Origin: Trichoplax sp. H2
Lineage: Eukaryota
Direction: 5' to 3'
Length of the DNA: 64,000 nt
Assembly: GCA_003344405.1 (NCBI GenBank)
Contig: NOWV01000010.1
Location: forward strand, 868,001-932,000
Made by a program: the position numbers and the translations under genes. Shown piece by piece: positions 62,371 to 64,000 of the stretch. Within the stretch, counting starts at the first letter, position 1, and each line of letters starts with the position of its first letter. The notes under the pieces were generated by a model. That model was given only the letters and a program-made list of their open reading frames with translations. It was not told the origin of the DNA and ran no database searches.

Positions 62371-63765
62371 AATTTCTTTTTATTAATAAAACAGTTATCT
62401 ACAAAAAGAATTTGTAATGTTAATAAGTTATGTTTCTAACATTTGTTTCCATGAAAGTAGAAACCTTTTACTGCACGTATCTTATCGTACAATAGTTACA
62501 ATTTATATATATACAGATATTGTCATACCGTAGATATCAGATTAGATATAATTTGAAGTCAATCTTGTATCTGCTTGCTTAATTGAGAATAGAGAGGAAT
62601 AGATGGGTTCTGCAATTTCTACAGCGTTGTTAACATTGAACGTCATAAATATAGCAATATTTGACATGGAATAAAATGATATACTAAAGCAGCATTACAA
62701 GCAGGATAGTGTGTTATGTTAATAGAAGTTTAGATTTCATTTGTAAATACTTTGTAGTTTTAGGAATAGTTGTATCTCCTTGTTATAATTATTGTTGTAG
62801 GATACCATATTTATTGTTCTGTTGTAATTGTATTACTCTAATTGTGTATTATACTGCGTTACGACTATACTTTATGCTGTATATTTATGGGATGTAATCC
62901 TTTTACGGACTAAATGTAGCGGTTATGTGTATATTACGCATCTGTCAGTGCTCAGATATAGATATACAACTTATTGTTGGGATGTAATAGTAATACTAAT
63001 AAAATATTATAAACTTTAACTTTTTTACAATTTATACCCAATTAAGACTTACAGTTATAAAGGTTTGAATACGAGTGTATCTAGGAAGGTAACTACCTAG
63101 GCTTCGATTTTAATGTGACGCACAAACATTTAGTATTATGAATAAACATTTCTTGGCTGCTTTAAGATCTTTTCTTAAAATTTCAATGTATTTATTTATT
63201 AAATCTTATAGTAATAGTTGTGAAGATATTATCAGATTATTGTTGAAACAGTATCGGTAATAATAATTTACAATACATGTGAGATAACAATTCGTCATAG
63301 ATTATTTTAGCATCTACGCGTGAGGTGCTAAATCTGCTGATAACACAAATTTTAAATACTATTAATTTATTTCTTAATATTACTACAGAGTGATACAAAT
63401 ATTTGTTACCGACGAAATCGCTTAAGTACTTTAGGTCAACATAACTGAAACCAATTACTAAGTATATTTTGTCAATATCGAACGGAGTAAAATTCTATAA
63501 TTACGAAAGTAATTACAGTTAAAATGTTACTTGCAAAACATAGTACCAATGTGGAGTTATATTAAAGATACCTTTTTAAGGTATAAAATGACATTTAGGA
63601 GTATACGTTCACAATATTAATCTATCATCTCATGATATATAATCGTATCACTCACTAATATTATAGCATCGTATTATCATAACATATCCGCTATTTAGTT
63701 TAAGCAAGTATTACGCAAAGATATGATGGTAGCGTAGCAGTAGTATGATAGCTTAATAGTATCAT

Positions 63766-64000
63766 TTAATCAACTTCTTCGATAGTTGGTTCACAACCAG
63801 CATTCTCGGCTTTCTTACTATATTCACTCGAGCTTCCCGAATTGTTTGGAGCACCGCTCTGATGGATTTTTGACATTATCGGCATACACACTTTTTCCAA
63901 TTCTTGACGTTGATATTCAAACTCATCTACTTCAGCCATCTGGTTCTTGTCTAACCAAGTTAATGTCTCATTACATTTATTCAAAACGGCGGTTCTGTCT
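63766..64000 (-). CDS. HSP70: Cytosolic HSP70, C-terminal end (gene continues beyond window)
   Basis: [39 protein letters not shown]...PTIEEVD*: lid region plus the cytosolic EEVD motif. Confidence 0.95.
   Translation of the reverse strand, partial: DRTAVLNKCNETLTWLDKNQMAEVDEFEYQRQELEKVCMPIMSKIHQSGAPNNSGSSSEYSKKAENAGCEPTIEEVD

Overview
Eukaryotic, AT-rich, gene-dense animal DNA with short GT-AG introns. The style suggests a placozoan (Trichoplax-like), which is an inference only. Most entries in the ORF track are single exons running into introns, so genes were rebuilt by hand from splice sites and reading-frame phase. In order: 3' end of TAF2 (+); IMPAD1/BPNT2 (-); a 127-bp tandem repeat; DLGAP5/HURP (+) with two extra 3' exons missed by the ORF track; about 12 kb without a recognisable gene but with degenerate ~100-120 bp tandem arrays; a small unknown ORF; PRIM2 (-); a compact ASXL/Asx (-); a ~1 kb segment repeated on both sides of a 20-N gap; two convergent GALE paralogues flanking COX6C; a multi-exon gene (-) of at least 808 aa; a 328-bp duplication plus another degenerate array; and the 3' end of a cytosolic HSP70 (-). 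The best finding is the last exon of the 808-aa gene, which is absent from the ORF track and encodes RPWQSSKPLRLGLSRKQRVKPLHSHL, a RAD51AP1/RAD51AP2-type RAD51-interaction motif. This makes it a candidate invertebrate RAD51AP2-like recombination factor. Also notable: 5-bp-period ACTGT/ACAGT/CCAGT arrays at the 5' ends of several genes, a CKAP2-like tail on HURP, and an unusual KSVPES motif in one GALE paralogue. All homology calls are from recalled motifs; no searches were run.
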